Shown piece after piece: positions 8,755-18,509 of a DNA stretch of 46,608 nucleotides. A program made the translations under genes and the position numbers. The stretch lies in the sequence record SRR20825010_448; one strand, given 5' to 3'. The notes beneath the pieces were generated by a model. That model was not told where the DNA came from. It made no database searches and saw only the letters and a list, made by a program, of their open reading frames with translations. The stretch's first letter is position 1. Every line of letters begins with the position of its first letter.

Positions 8755-9687
8755 ATGAGAGGAATAACCGTGCCCGCTATCTCCCCTTTTTACCGCGCAG
8801 CGGCTTTTACCCTTGTTCTGATCTCCGGGCCGGCTCTGGCTGCTGATCCGGTGGTGGTGTCGTCCAAGATCGATACGGAAGGTGCTGTGTTGGGCCAGAT
8901 GGTCCTGCAAACCCTTGAAGAAGCCGACATTCCGGTTGAGAACCGCCTGCAGCTCGGCGCGACCAGCATCGTTCGCAATGCTATCAAGGCCGGCGAGATA
9001 GATCTGTACCCGGAGTACACCGGCAATGCCGCTTTCTTCCATGATCAGGCAGACCGGGACATCTGGAAAGATGCCGCCAAGGCCTACGAGCAGGCTGCCA
9101 GCCTTGATAAGAAGGCCCATAACATTGTCTGGCTAACACCGGCGAAAGCCAACAATACCTGGGCCATGAGTGTGCGGGGCGATCTGGCACGTGAGAACGG
9201 CTTGAACACGCTTGAAGATCTGGCTTCCTATATCAATGGCGGCGGCGCCTTCAAGTTTGCGGCCAGTGCCGAGTTTGTTGAATCCGCCAGTGCCTTGCCG
9301 GCGTTCCAGGAAGCGTACGGTTTCAAACTGGGGTCTGACCAGTTGCTGATCCTGTCCGGCGGCAACACTGCTGCGACGCTCCGGGCTGCGGCCCTGACCG
9401 ACAACGATGTGAATGGCGCCATGACCTACGGCACTGATGGTGGTCTGAACGCACTCGATCTGAAGGTGATGGAGGACACATTGGGTGTCCAGCCAGTCTA
9501 TCAGCCCGCGCCTATCGTGCGCGCAGAGGTGCTGGAAACGTATCCGAACATCCGCGAAGTTCTTGCGCCGGTCTTTGAGTCACTGGACCTGGAAACCCTT
9601 CAGCGTCTGAATGGTCAGGTTGCGGTGAATGGTGTACCTGCCGAAGCAGTTGCCCGGGACTATCTGGATTCCCTGGCTCAGGACTAA
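8755..9687 (+). CDS. osmF: Osmoprotectant/glycine betaine ABC transporter substrate-binding protein (OsmF/YehZ)
   Basis: Signal peptide, VVVSSKIDTEG, GEIDLYPEYTG, ANNTWA and QPVYQPAP. Confidence 0.88.
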   Translation: MRGITVPAISPFYRAAAFTLVLISGPALAADPVVVSSKIDTEGAVLGQMVLQTLEEADIPVENRLQLGATSIVRNAIKAGEIDLYPEYTGNAAFFHDQADRDIWKDAAKAYEQAASLDKKAHNIVWLTPAKANNTWAMSVRGDLARENGLNTLEDLASYINGGGAFKFAASAEFVESASALPAFQEAYGFKLGSDQLLILSGGNTAATLRAAALTDNDVNGAMTYGTDGGLNALDLKVMEDTLGVQPVYQPAPIVRAEVLETYPNIREVLAPVFESLDLETLQRLNGQVAVNGVPAEAVARDYLDSLAQD

Positions 9688-9690
9688 GAT

Positions 9691-10866
9691 TTGGCGATCA
9701 CCGAGACTTTGCGCCCAAACCGAGTCATTCCAGTGCTTGGGGGAGTGGCCCTGGCACTGGTCTGGTTGCTGGACCTTGGTACTATCCAACCCAACCGTAT
9801 TGTTCCGGGCACCGGCCATGGCCTGTTTTCGGCCGTGGGATGGACAGGGGCAGGGCTGGTTACGGGGATTCTGTTGGCGACCATTGTGCTGTCCACATTG
9901 CCGTTACGTCGTCGCTATGAGCTCCTGCTCGGTCTGATTGGGCTTTCACTGGCAACGATGCCGCTGTTGCTGGATATGTTTGCCGCCCTCCATCTGCCCG
10001 AGGGGTCGCCCTACGCCCGTTCGTCGGTCGGGGCAGGGTTCTGGTCTCTTCTGTTCCTGCTTTCGCTGATGTTGATTGAGACCCTTGGCCGGCTCGAAGC
10101 CCGGCGTTGGCTTCAACTGATACTGCTCGTGTTTATCGGTGGGAGCTGGATTGTCCTGCTGCGTGGCGAGGGCCTGGAAAGTCTGTCGCTGGTGCGGGAG
10201 TTCAACGCTCGCCCCGACAAGTTCCAGCAAGCGCTCTGGACGCACCTGGCCCTGGCATTGGGTGCGGTCACCATCAGTGCGGGCCTGGCGTTCGCCCTGG
10301 CGCTTAAAATGATCCGAAGCCCCGCCTGGCAGCGTCCTCTTCTGGGCGCCGTGAGTTTTCTGCAAACCATTCCAAGCCTTGCGGTATTTGGTTTGCTGAT
10401 TGCGCCACTCAGTGCGCTCTCGTCAGCGCTCCCGTTTCTGCAGGATCTTGGCATCCGGGGGATTGGCTGGGCGCCAGCGCTACTGGCGTTGATCGCTTAC
10501 AGTTTGCTGCCGATGGTGCGCAACACCTTTGTGGCTCTTACCGAAGTTCCCGAAAGCCTGGCCGATGCGGCGCGGGGTATGGGTATGAATGAACACCAGG
10601 TGTTTTATCAGCTCAAGCTGCCGTTGGCGCTGCCGGTGATGATTGAGGGTGTACGGATCACAACCATTCAGGCAATCGGCCTGACGGCGGTAGCCGCCCT
10701 CATCGGCGCGGGTGGTTTCGGTGGTTTTATCTTTCAGGGGTTGGGGCAGGCGGCGATGGACCTGGTGTTGCTCGGTGCTTTGCCTACGATTGCGTTGGCG
10801 CTGCTTGCCGACGCGTTACTCACGATGTTGGCGGCCAGTCTCAAGCCGACACCGGCAACGGTCTGA
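9691..10866 (+). CDS. yehY: ABC transporter permease (YehY-like)
   Basis: QTIPSLA, LLPMVRNT and EAA loop DAARGMGM; long N-terminal TM extension; TTG start. Confidence 0.82.
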   Translation: MAITETLRPNRVIPVLGGVALALVWLLDLGTIQPNRIVPGTGHGLFSAVGWTGAGLVTGILLATIVLSTLPLRRRYELLLGLIGLSLATMPLLLDMFAALHLPEGSPYARSSVGAGFWSLLFLLSLMLIETLGRLEARRWLQLILLVFIGGSWIVLLRGEGLESLSLVREFNARPDKFQQALWTHLALALGAVTISAGLAFALALKMIRSPAWQRPLLGAVSFLQTIPSLAVFGLLIAPLSALSSALPFLQDLGIRGIGWAPALLALIAYSLLPMVRNTFVALTEVPESLADAARGMGMNEHQVFYQLKLPLALPVMIEGVRITTIQAIGLTAVAALIGAGGFGGFIFQGLGQAAMDLVLLGALPTIALALLADALLTMLAASLKPTPATV

Positions 10867-10886
10867 TAGGGGAAGGAACTGGTCGG

Positions 10887-11834
10887 ATGATCGAACTGAA
10901 GAATGTCTCCCGGCGTTTCGGCGATACCGTCGCAGTGGATGGGGTTAACCTGACCATCGAAACGGGTGAAGTCTGCGTGCTGGTGGGCAGTTCCGGCTGC
11001 GGTAAATCGACCACGCTGCGCATGATCAACCGTCTTTTGCCCCACAGCGCTGGCGAGATATTGGTGGATGGTGAGGACATCACCACCATGAATCCGGAAC
11101 AGCTGCGGCTGAACATGGGGTATGTGATCCAGGGTACGGGGTTGTTTCCTCACTGGACGGTGGCGCGCAACATCGCCATGGTGCCCAGGTTATTGAACTG
11201 GCCGAGGGAGCGGATCGACGCACGAGTCGACGAGTTGATGACCTTGTTGGATCTCGACCCCAGCGCCCACGCCAACAAATACCCCCAGCAATTGTCTGGC
11301 GGCCAAGCGCAACGGGTCGGTGTTGCGCGGGCATTGGCGGCGGACCCCAACATTCTGCTGATGGACGAACCTTTTGGTGCATTGGATGCCATAACGCGGG
11401 AAAACCTCCAACTGGAAATGCTGCGGATCCAGAAGCAGGTCCGTAAAACCACTGTTTTCGTGACCCACGATATTGATGAAGCACTGAAGCTGGCCACCCG
11501 CATTGCCGTGATGGATCAGGGGCGCATCATCCAGCATGACACGCCGGAGAATATCCTCCGCCATCCAGCATCGGACTTTGTTGAAAACCTGATTGGCAAG
11601 CAGGACCGCGGTCTGAAACTGATGAGCCTGCGGCCTGTGCGGGACCTGATGGCCAATCACACCGAGCCGCGGCAGTCGGAACCCGGGGAGCATGTGCTCA
11701 GGGAGGAGGACAGTATTCGCCTGGCTCTGTCCGTGATGCTCTGGCAGGACCTGCGGCAGGTCGCGGTGTTCAATGCGCAGGGGCAGGAGACAGGTGTGAT
11801 TACCCGTGAACGCATTATCCAGGAAGGCGTGTAA
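10887..11834 (+). CDS. yehX: ABC transporter ATP-binding protein (YehX/OpuCA-like)
   Basis: Walker A GSSGCGKST, signature LSGGQ, Walker B LLMDEPFGALD, FVTHD, and a C-terminal CBS-like tail. Confidence 0.88.
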   Translation: MIELKNVSRRFGDTVAVDGVNLTIETGEVCVLVGSSGCGKSTTLRMINRLLPHSAGEILVDGEDITTMNPEQLRLNMGYVIQGTGLFPHWTVARNIAMVPRLLNWPRERIDARVDELMTLLDLDPSAHANKYPQQLSGGQAQRVGVARALAADPNILLMDEPFGALDAITRENLQLEMLRIQKQVRKTTVFVTHDIDEALKLATRIAVMDQGRIIQHDTPENILRHPASDFVENLIGKQDRGLKLMSLRPVRDLMANHTEPRQSEPGEHVLREEDSIRLALSVMLWQDLRQVAVFNAQGQETGVITRERIIQEGV

Positions 11835-12574
11835 TGCGTGTCTGGTTACCTGCCACTCTTTTGGCCTCACTGCTGCTCGTGCTGAGTGCCGGCATGCCGG
11901 TGCTGGAGCCATTGTTTAACTGGGTGCAGCCGGGCAAGCAGCAGGTGATCTATGAACGGGAGAGCTTTTTATTCCTGCTTCAGAATCACCTGATGCTGGT
12001 CGTCGTATCGGCGGCCGTGGGTACTCTCGTTGCGGTGGCTGGCGGCATCTTTGTCACCCGTCCTTTTGGCCGCGATTTCCTGCCCTTGGTTGGGCAAGTG
12101 GCCTCCATTGGCCAGACCTTTCCGCCGGTGGCTGTACTTGCGTTGGCGGTACCAGTGCTTGGTTTCGGCGAGGCTCCGATTCTTCTTGCGTTGGTCCTTT
12201 ATGGCTTGCTGCCCATTCTGCGCAATACCCTGGCGGGGCTGGAAGGTATCAATCCGGCTGTACGGGAGGCAGCACTGGGTATGGGCATGTCGCCAGTGCA
12301 GGTCCTTGTGCGAGTAGAACTGCCCCTGGCCGGAAGGGTCATTCTCGCGGGTATTCGAACCTCTGTTACTATCAATATCGCGACCGCCGCTATCGGCTCA
12401 ACCATTGGAGCCCGCACCCTGGGCGATCCGGTGATCGCCGGGCTGGTGAACGGCAATACCGCGTATGTGCTGCAAGGGGCGATTCTGATCGGGTTGCTTG
12501 CGCTGACAACGGATAGCCTGTTTGAAGCACTTGAACGATCCTGGGATCGTCGATTGCAATCCGTAGGAGTCTAG
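11834..12574 (+). CDS. yehW: ABC transporter permease (YehW-like)
   Basis: GQTFPPVAVLAL and EAALGMGM; TAATG overlap with yehX. Confidence 0.85.
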   Translation: MRVWLPATLLASLLLVLSAGMPVLEPLFNWVQPGKQQVIYERESFLFLLQNHLMLVVVSAAVGTLVAVAGGIFVTRPFGRDFLPLVGQVASIGQTFPPVAVLALAVPVLGFGEAPILLALVLYGLLPILRNTLAGLEGINPAVREAALGMGMSPVQVLVRVELPLAGRVILAGIRTSVTINIATAAIGSTIGARTLGDPVIAGLVNGNTAYVLQGAILIGLLALTTDSLFEALERSWDRRLQSVGV

Positions 12575-13186
12575 ATGGGTAGTTATCTGCTGTTTGTTGT
12601 TATCGCTATAGCGACTGTCCTCAGCCCGGGGCCAGGCGTTATGTTGACACTGACCAACGCCATTCGGTTCGGTGTGTCCGGTGCCTTCGGCGGAATTCTG
12701 GGGATTGCCTTTGGTACGTTCATTGTTGCGGGTATTTCAGCCACAAGCCTGGGCATTGTACTGGCGACGTCGGCGACGGCATTTAGCATCATGAAGTTTA
12801 TTGGTGCCGCCTACCTGATTTATCTGGGGGTAAAACTGTGGCGGTCTCCTGTTACGGAAATGGAGGAAGCGACGGCGGCAGCTCGGAGCAGGAAACTCCA
12901 GTTTCTTGAGGGGCTGACATTGCAACTCACAAACCCGAAAGCCGTATTCTTCTTCCTGTCTGTTTTTCCTCAATTTATTGATTACTCGACTGAATTTGTC
13001 GGCCAGTTTGCCCTTTTGGTCGTCACTTACAGCGCCCTGGTTGTCGCCATCCACTTGCTGTATGCACGCCTCGCCAGATCAGCCCGTGGCTGGCTTTCAT
13101 CTGAAAAAGGGGGGCACTTGGTCAATAAACTGGGTGGGGCGACGTTTGTTGGTTTTGGGGTGGGGCTGGCAACGGCGAGCAGGTAG
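12575..13186 (+). CDS. LysE/RhtB family translocator
   Basis: SPGPG, GAAYLIYLG and NPKA motifs; abuts the yehW stop, with AGGAG inside yehW. Confidence 0.9.
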   Translation: MGSYLLFVVIAIATVLSPGPGVMLTLTNAIRFGVSGAFGGILGIAFGTFIVAGISATSLGIVLATSATAFSIMKFIGAAYLIYLGVKLWRSPVTEMEEATAAARSRKLQFLEGLTLQLTNPKAVFFFLSVFPQFIDYSTEFVGQFALLVVTYSALVVAIHLLYARLARSARGWLSSEKGGHLVNKLGGATFVGFGVGLATASR

Positions 13187-13339
13187 CGGCGAGTCACTTC
13201 CAGCGCTTATAGGGGTGATTCAGTCGTCGGAAACTGCTCCATTGTCTGTGGTGTAGACATCGGTTAGATTCCCCAAACATGTCGGCGATAAAGTCAAAGA
13301 AAGTGGTAATGCCTAGTGCATGTCGAGGGGAGGAAAAGC

Positions 13340-13906
13340 ATGGAGCAAAGTGAAACAAACTCTCAGTTCAACGCGGAATTACTTTGTCCGGCCAAGCCCG
13401 GCGAAGGCGCTCCCTGGGCCTTTATTGTTCTGCCCCGGGAGGCAAGCAAAAAGCTTCCCAGGCGGGGAAGAACAACGGTAGAGGCCAGCCTCAACGGTCA
13501 TCATTTTCAGGTAACGCTCGAGCCCGATGGTCAATTGAGCCATTGGCTAAAGGTGAGCAAGGAACATCTCGAAGCTGCAGGTGTGAGCGTCGGTGATGTT
13601 GTTGATTTGGGCATCAGGCCGGTGGACCAGGAACCTGAACCAGAAGTTCCCTCGGACCTGCAAGAGGCGTTGGAAGCGGCCCCCGAGGCTCGGGTGGTTT
13701 GGAATGAGACAACCACCATCGCGCGTCTGGACTGGATTCATTGGATTGTCTCAGCCAAGCAGGCAAAAACCCGGACGAAGCGAATTAGCGATGCGTGCGA
13801 CATGCTGGCCTCGGGAAAGCGGCGCGTTTGCTGCTTTGATCCTTCAGGGTATTACAGCAAAGCACTCAGTGCGCCCAAGGCGGCGGACACACAGGAGATT
13901 GGATGA
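13340..13906 (+). CDS. YdeI/OmpD-associated family protein (DUF1905 plus OmdA domains)
   Basis: N-terminal beta domain (LPRRGRT, LEPDG...HWL), then VP.DL..AL...W...WI..AKQ..TR.KRI. Start placed at ATG 13340 after GGAGG. Confidence 0.8.
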   Translation: MEQSETNSQFNAELLCPAKPGEGAPWAFIVLPREASKKLPRRGRTTVEASLNGHHFQVTLEPDGQLSHWLKVSKEHLEAAGVSVGDVVDLGIRPVDQEPEPEVPSDLQEALEAAPEARVVWNETTTIARLDWIHWIVSAKQAKTRTKRISDACDMLASGKRRVCCFDPSGYYSKALSAPKAADTQEIG

Positions 13907-15291
13907 GCAAGCCCGTTGTATCAAGCCCCCTGCGGCGAGCTTTCCCGCTTGTCGCAATCCTTTTGCTCACCGCCTGCGATGCGCCACAACTTCTTCCGCC
14001 TGACGCCCGCCTTCCGGACGGCAGTACCTATTCCGGTGATATTCAGGATGGTTACTTTCACGGTGAAGGCGTTCAGGAATTTGCCAGTGGCATGGTCTAC
14101 ACCGGCCAGTTCCAGGAGGGCTACTGGCACGGCCATGGTGAGCTCGAATCTCCGGCGGGTTGGCATTACGAGGGCGAGTTCCAGAAAGGGACGATGTCGG
14201 GACAGGGCGTAATCGAAGACGACGGCAGTCGCTACGAGGGGGAATTCCGGAACGGTGAGTTTCACGGTGAGGGGCGTTACGAAGCCGGTGGCAGTGTCTA
14301 TATCGCTGAGTTTGAAGATGGCGAGCCCGTGGAGGGAAAACACGTTACGGATTACGGCACCTACGAAGGGGAGTTCCGTGACTGGTATTACCACGGGGAA
14401 GGCAGCTACGCCTTTACCGGCGAATCGGAGGATCTGGGTAGCCTCACAGGAACCTGGGAGTTTGGTGAGTTCGTCGACCAGGAAGAGTACGTCGCGGAAG
14501 CACCTGTCCCGGAAGAACCAGCGCTTTTGACTGAGACTGTTCTCGTCGAAGACCGTCGGCGCCTGAGCAACCAGATCGAGAGTCTCGCCCCGGAACAGGC
14601 GGGGGCGGCAGACGCCTACTTCCTGGCCGTGGGTGGCGACGGTACCGAGTCGGTGTTCATGCGCGATATCCAGGTTGCCAAAACTGGCCTTCAGGCGCAG
14701 TTCGATGTGGAAAACCGCATCATCATGCTGCTCAATCACCGGGACTATGAAACGTTTCCTCTGGCTACCCGGCCATCCATTGCCTCAGCTCTGGAGGCAT
14801 TGGATGCGCAGATGAACCCGAAGGAAGACCTGCTCGTGGTTCACTTGGTCAGCCACGGTATGCAAAACGGACAACTGCTGTTGCAGCAACCCGGTATCGA
14901 GTTGCCGAACCTCTCGCCGCAGGATTTTGCGGAAATGCTGGAACCACTGAACGTGCGCCGAAAACTGCTAGTGATTTCCGCATGCTACTCCGGCCAGTGG
15001 ATAGAGCCACTCAAGGACGAAGACACACTGATCATGACCTCCGCCCGGTCAGACCGTACCTCTTTCGGCTGTGGTGATGACTCGGAGATGACCTGGTTCA
15101 CCAAGGCGGTTTATCAGAGTGTGGGGCTGTCATTGGCCGACCCTGATGCCATGTTCGAGAACATCAACCAGCAGATCCGAACCTGGGAAGAAGAGATTGG
15201 TATGGAAGAATCGAATTGGTCCTATCCCCAGTCGCACGTCGGTGAGAACCTGCGTAAGTGGTTGAGCCAGATGTCTCAAACTACGCCATAG
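13903..15291 (+). CDS. C13 (legumain-like) peptidase lipoprotein with MORN repeats
   Basis: Lipobox LLTAC, repeated YxGxFxxGxxHGxG units, catalytic SHG and SACYSG, and TSFGC. Confidence 0.87.
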   Translation: MSKPVVSSPLRRAFPLVAILLLTACDAPQLLPPDARLPDGSTYSGDIQDGYFHGEGVQEFASGMVYTGQFQEGYWHGHGELESPAGWHYEGEFQKGTMSGQGVIEDDGSRYEGEFRNGEFHGEGRYEAGGSVYIAEFEDGEPVEGKHVTDYGTYEGEFRDWYYHGEGSYAFTGESEDLGSLTGTWEFGEFVDQEEYVAEAPVPEEPALLTETVLVEDRRRLSNQIESLAPEQAGAADAYFLAVGGDGTESVFMRDIQVAKTGLQAQFDVENRIIMLLNHRDYETFPLATRPSIASALEALDAQMNPKEDLLVVHLVSHGMQNGQLLLQQPGIELPNLSPQDFAEMLEPLNVRRKLLVISACYSGQWIEPLKDEDTLIMTSARSDRTSFGCGDDSEMTWFTKAVYQSVGLSLADPDAMFENINQQIRTWEEEIGMEESNWSYPQSHVGENLRKWLSQMSQTTP

Positions 15292-15319
15292 AAAGCTAAA
15301 ACACCGTGATGAGCTCGCG

Positions 15320-16540
15320 ATGGACCCGATGATCACAGCCGCTGGCCGAGCGCTTGCGATGGGCGACCCGTTGGCCGCGCTGAACTGCGTTGCCTTGCGC
15401 GACGACGCGCAGTCGCTTGCGCTGCGTGGCATCGCCATGGCTCAGCTCGGAGAACTGGACCGGGCCAGGGTGTTGATAGGCAACGCTACCCGTGCTTTTG
15501 GTTCGCGGGAACCGTTGGCACGTGCAAAGTGCATTGTGGCCGAGGCGGAAATTGCGCTTGCTTCCCGTGATCTCGGCTGGCCATCCCGCAAGCTTGACGC
15601 AGCGCGCGAGGTGCTGGAACAGCATGGCGACCGGGTGAATGCAACGCATGCGCGCTATATCGATATCCGGCGCCGGCTGCTGATCGGTCGACTCGATGAA
15701 GCTGAGCTCGAACTGGGGGTTATGGACGTAGCCTCGTTGCCGCCGGCGTTGAGAGCCATCCATGAACTTATTGTTGCCGGGATCGCTATGCGGCGCCTGG
15801 AAACCCAGGTGGCACGCGATGCGCTCCTGCAGGCCGAACGCGCCTCACAGCACGCCGGTATTCCGGCTCTTGTGGCTGAAGTCGCCAGTAAAGTTGAACT
15901 TCTGGGCTTGCCCGCCGCTCGCCTGACCAGGATGGGGAGTGAGCGGTTGCTGCTTCTAAATGAAGTAGAAGCGTTAATGGCGTCCCAGGCGTTTGTGGTC
16001 GACGGATGCCGTTTTACCGTGAAGCACAAGGAAGCTGTTGTGTCACTCGCGACGCGCCCTTTGCTGTTTGTGTTGCTTCGCATCATGGCTGAAGCCTGGC
16101 CCAAAGAAGCATCCAGAGACGAGCTGATTGCACGGGCGTTTCGCATGAAACAGGCTGATGATTCCCATCGTGCGCGTCTGCGGGTGGAGATCGGGCGCCT
16201 TCGTGAGTTATTGAAGCCGTTGGCAACCGTGGATGCCACCTCACGGGGTTTTGCACTGGTGCCCCATGAGGCGTGCGAGGTGGCCGTCCTGGCACAGCCA
16301 GTGGAGGAAAAGTACGCGCCTATACTGGCACTGCTTTCCGATGGTGAGTCCTGGTCGAGTTCCGCCTTGGCTCTGGCGTTGAATATCGGCCAGCGCAGCG
16401 TGCAGCGGGCACTCGATACGTTAGCGACAGAAGGCAAGGTTTATTCGTTTGGCCGGGGCCGCAACCGCCGCTGGACAACGCCACCCATTGCCGGATTCGC
16501 GACAATCTTGTTACTCCCTGGTTCACTGGCCCTTGGCTAA
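15320..16540 (+). CDS. Transcriptional regulator: helical N-domain, OmpR-type winged helix and a second C-terminal HTH
   Basis: SRDELIARAF...RLRVEIGRLR...RGFAL (OmpR/Trans_reg_C-like) and SSSALALALNIGQRSVQRALDTL...GKV (wHTH). Confidence 0.75.
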   Translation: MDPMITAAGRALAMGDPLAALNCVALRDDAQSLALRGIAMAQLGELDRARVLIGNATRAFGSREPLARAKCIVAEAEIALASRDLGWPSRKLDAAREVLEQHGDRVNATHARYIDIRRRLLIGRLDEAELELGVMDVASLPPALRAIHELIVAGIAMRRLETQVARDALLQAERASQHAGIPALVAEVASKVELLGLPAARLTRMGSERLLLLNEVEALMASQAFVVDGCRFTVKHKEAVVSLATRPLLFVLLRIMAEAWPKEASRDELIARAFRMKQADDSHRARLRVEIGRLRELLKPLATVDATSRGFALVPHEACEVAVLAQPVEEKYAPILALLSDGESWSSSALALALNIGQRSVQRALDTLATEGKVYSFGRGRNRRWTTPPIAGFATILLLPGSLALG

Positions 16541-16575
16541 TATGGGGACGTGATTCAGTCAACCAGGAGATGACC

Positions 16576-17202
16576 ATGAAACAGTTTAGTGCAGAGATTC
16601 TCAACGAGTACGGCCCCTTCCACGGAGCTGAGCAGATCCATGGGGTTACATTCGATGGGCAGCGCGTCTGGTTTGCGTCCGGTGACAAACTGAATGCAAT
16701 CGATCCGGATAGCGGCAAGCCGGTCGATTCCCTTAGTGTGCCCGCACAAGCCGGGACCGCTTTTGACGGACACCATATTTTCCAGATTGCGGACAGCCAG
16801 ATTCAAAAGGTTGATCCAAAAACCGGCGAGGTACTTGGAACCATCCCTGCGCCAGACGGCTGCTCGGGGCTGGCATGGGCGGAAGGTTCTCTCTGGGTGG
16901 GGCAGTATCAGGCGTGCAAGATTCATCAGCTGGACCCGCAAACAGGGAAGGTTCTTCGTAGCATCGAATCCAACCGACATGTGACCGGTGTTACCTGGAT
17001 CGACAGCGAACTTTGGCACGCCACCTGGGACGGTGACGACAATGAGATCAGGCAGATCGACCCCCAGACCGGGGACGTTCTGAAAAGCATTGCAATGCCG
17101 TCCGGCGTTGGCATATCGGGGCTTGAGGCCGATGGCCGTAGTCGCTTCTTCTGCGGAGGTGGCCAGAGTGGGAAGTTGAGGGTTGTTCGTCGTCCGGATT
17201 AG
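16576..17202 (+). CDS. Cytoplasmic beta-propeller repeat protein (glutaminyl-cyclase/PQQ-like fold)
   Basis: Four repeats of G(V/L)T(F/W)...(I/V/L)DPx(S/T)GxVLxxI; no signal peptide. ATG 16576 is well spaced from AGGAG. Confidence 0.75.
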   Translation: MKQFSAEILNEYGPFHGAEQIHGVTFDGQRVWFASGDKLNAIDPDSGKPVDSLSVPAQAGTAFDGHHIFQIADSQIQKVDPKTGEVLGTIPAPDGCSGLAWAEGSLWVGQYQACKIHQLDPQTGKVLRSIESNRHVTGVTWIDSELWHATWDGDDNEIRQIDPQTGDVLKSIAMPSGVGISGLEADGRSRFFCGGGQSGKLRVVRRPD

Positions 17203-17264
17203 CTGCCCAAACCATCCATGGACAGGTGGCTCAGTGGGGTTGTTGCAGGCGCATCCTACGCATC

Positions 17265-18509
17265 CTAGATGTCTCGTGATTCAAACTCTGTATTGCGCGG
17301 ATCAAGTTCCTCAACCCCCAATCCTGCTTCCGGAGTGACGGTGTAGTACTGCTCCTGCTGCTCCACAGTTGGGTGTTGGCGCTTCGGCCCCGCAACCATG
17401 AACAGGATCAGCCCTCCCAGCATCAGGGCATTGCTGACGAAAAGGCCCCGCGGCCCCAGAAGGTCCATGAACAGGGAACTGACCAGCGGGCCGATGATGC
17501 TGCCAATGCCGTAACTCAGTAACAGTGCTGTGCTCGCTGCGGTGATCTGGTGGGTTTCCATCAGGTCATTGGTGATGGCCACAGCGATGGGGTAGATGGC
17601 AGCACTGATGCCCATGTACAACCCGACAAACAGCACCAGGGCCACCATGCTGATGTTGCCAATAATGGCCGCAGCCAGACTGCACACGGCAGCGACGATG
17701 GCGGCCACCAGCATGACCCGGTATCGGTCGAAGCGGTCGCACAGTTGCCCGATGGGCCAGGCCATCAGCATGGCAGCCACGATGGCCGAAGCCATGAAGT
17801 TGGAGAGCTGCCCGAGGTTCAGGCCAATCTGATTGGCGTACACTGGTCCCATGGCATAGAAGGCACTGATGAGCAGCCCGGCGATCAGTGCGCCGAGCGT
17901 GCCCGTTGGTGACTTGTTATAGAGTTTACGTAATGACAGGCGTTCACCCTGCGAAACCGACGGTGACTCCCGGCGGGTCATTGTCAGGGGGGTGAGGGCG
18001 AGCACCACCAGGATGGTGGCCAGGGAAAAGGGAATAAAGCCCGCCGGGTCGGCGACGCGTATCAATACCTGACCCCCGGCAGTGGATAGGAAGAAGATGA
18101 CCTGGTAAATGGCAAACAGGCTGGCCCGGTTACGGTTGTCGGCCTTGCTGCTGAACCAGCTTTCCATCACGATCATCAGGCCGGCCATTACGAAGCCGCC
18201 CACGGCCCGCAGGCCACCCCAGAGTCCGGCCTGGACGGCCATTGGATAAATCAGAATCGAGGCAGAAAGCACCGCGGCGAAAACCGCGAACGCGCGGATG
18301 TGTCCCACCTTTTCAATGATGCGCCCGGCATAGAGCGTGCCGGCCACAAAGCCGATGGAGTAGAACGCCAGGATCCACCCGATCACACTGGCGCTGAAGT
18401 CTTCGATGCTGAGCCTGAGCCCCAGCAGGGTCATGAGGAAAGCGTTACCCGCGATGAGCAGAATGATGCTCAGGATCAGTGACGTCAGGCTGATGATGGT
18501 TTGCCGCAT
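17265..18509 (-). CDS. MFS transporter (YcaD-like)
   Basis: About 12 TM segments; GHIRAFA, ESW and WPIGQLCDRFDR motifs. Confidence 0.88.
   Translation of the reverse strand: MRQTIISLTSLILSIILLIAGNAFLMTLLGLRLSIEDFSASVIGWILAFYSIGFVAGTLYAGRIIEKVGHIRAFAVFAAVLSASILIYPMAVQAGLWGGLRAVGGFVMAGLMIVMESWFSSKADNRNRASLFAIYQVIFFLSTAGGQVLIRVADPAGFIPFSLATILVVLALTPLTMTRRESPSVSQGERLSLRKLYNKSPTGTLGALIAGLLISAFYAMGPVYANQIGLNLGQLSNFMASAIVAAMLMAWPIGQLCDRFDRYRVMLVAAIVAAVCSLAAAIIGNISMVALVLFVGLYMGISAAIYPIAVAITNDLMETHQITAASTALLLSYGIGSIIGPLVSSLFMDLLGPRGLFVSNALMLGGLILFMVAGPKRQHPTVEQQEQYYTVTPEAGLGVEELDPRNTEFESRDI

Noticed and set aside
16576-17202. Active glutaminyl cyclase
   Set aside because: It has no signal peptide, and the catalytic motifs of type II glutaminyl cyclases are not recognisable.
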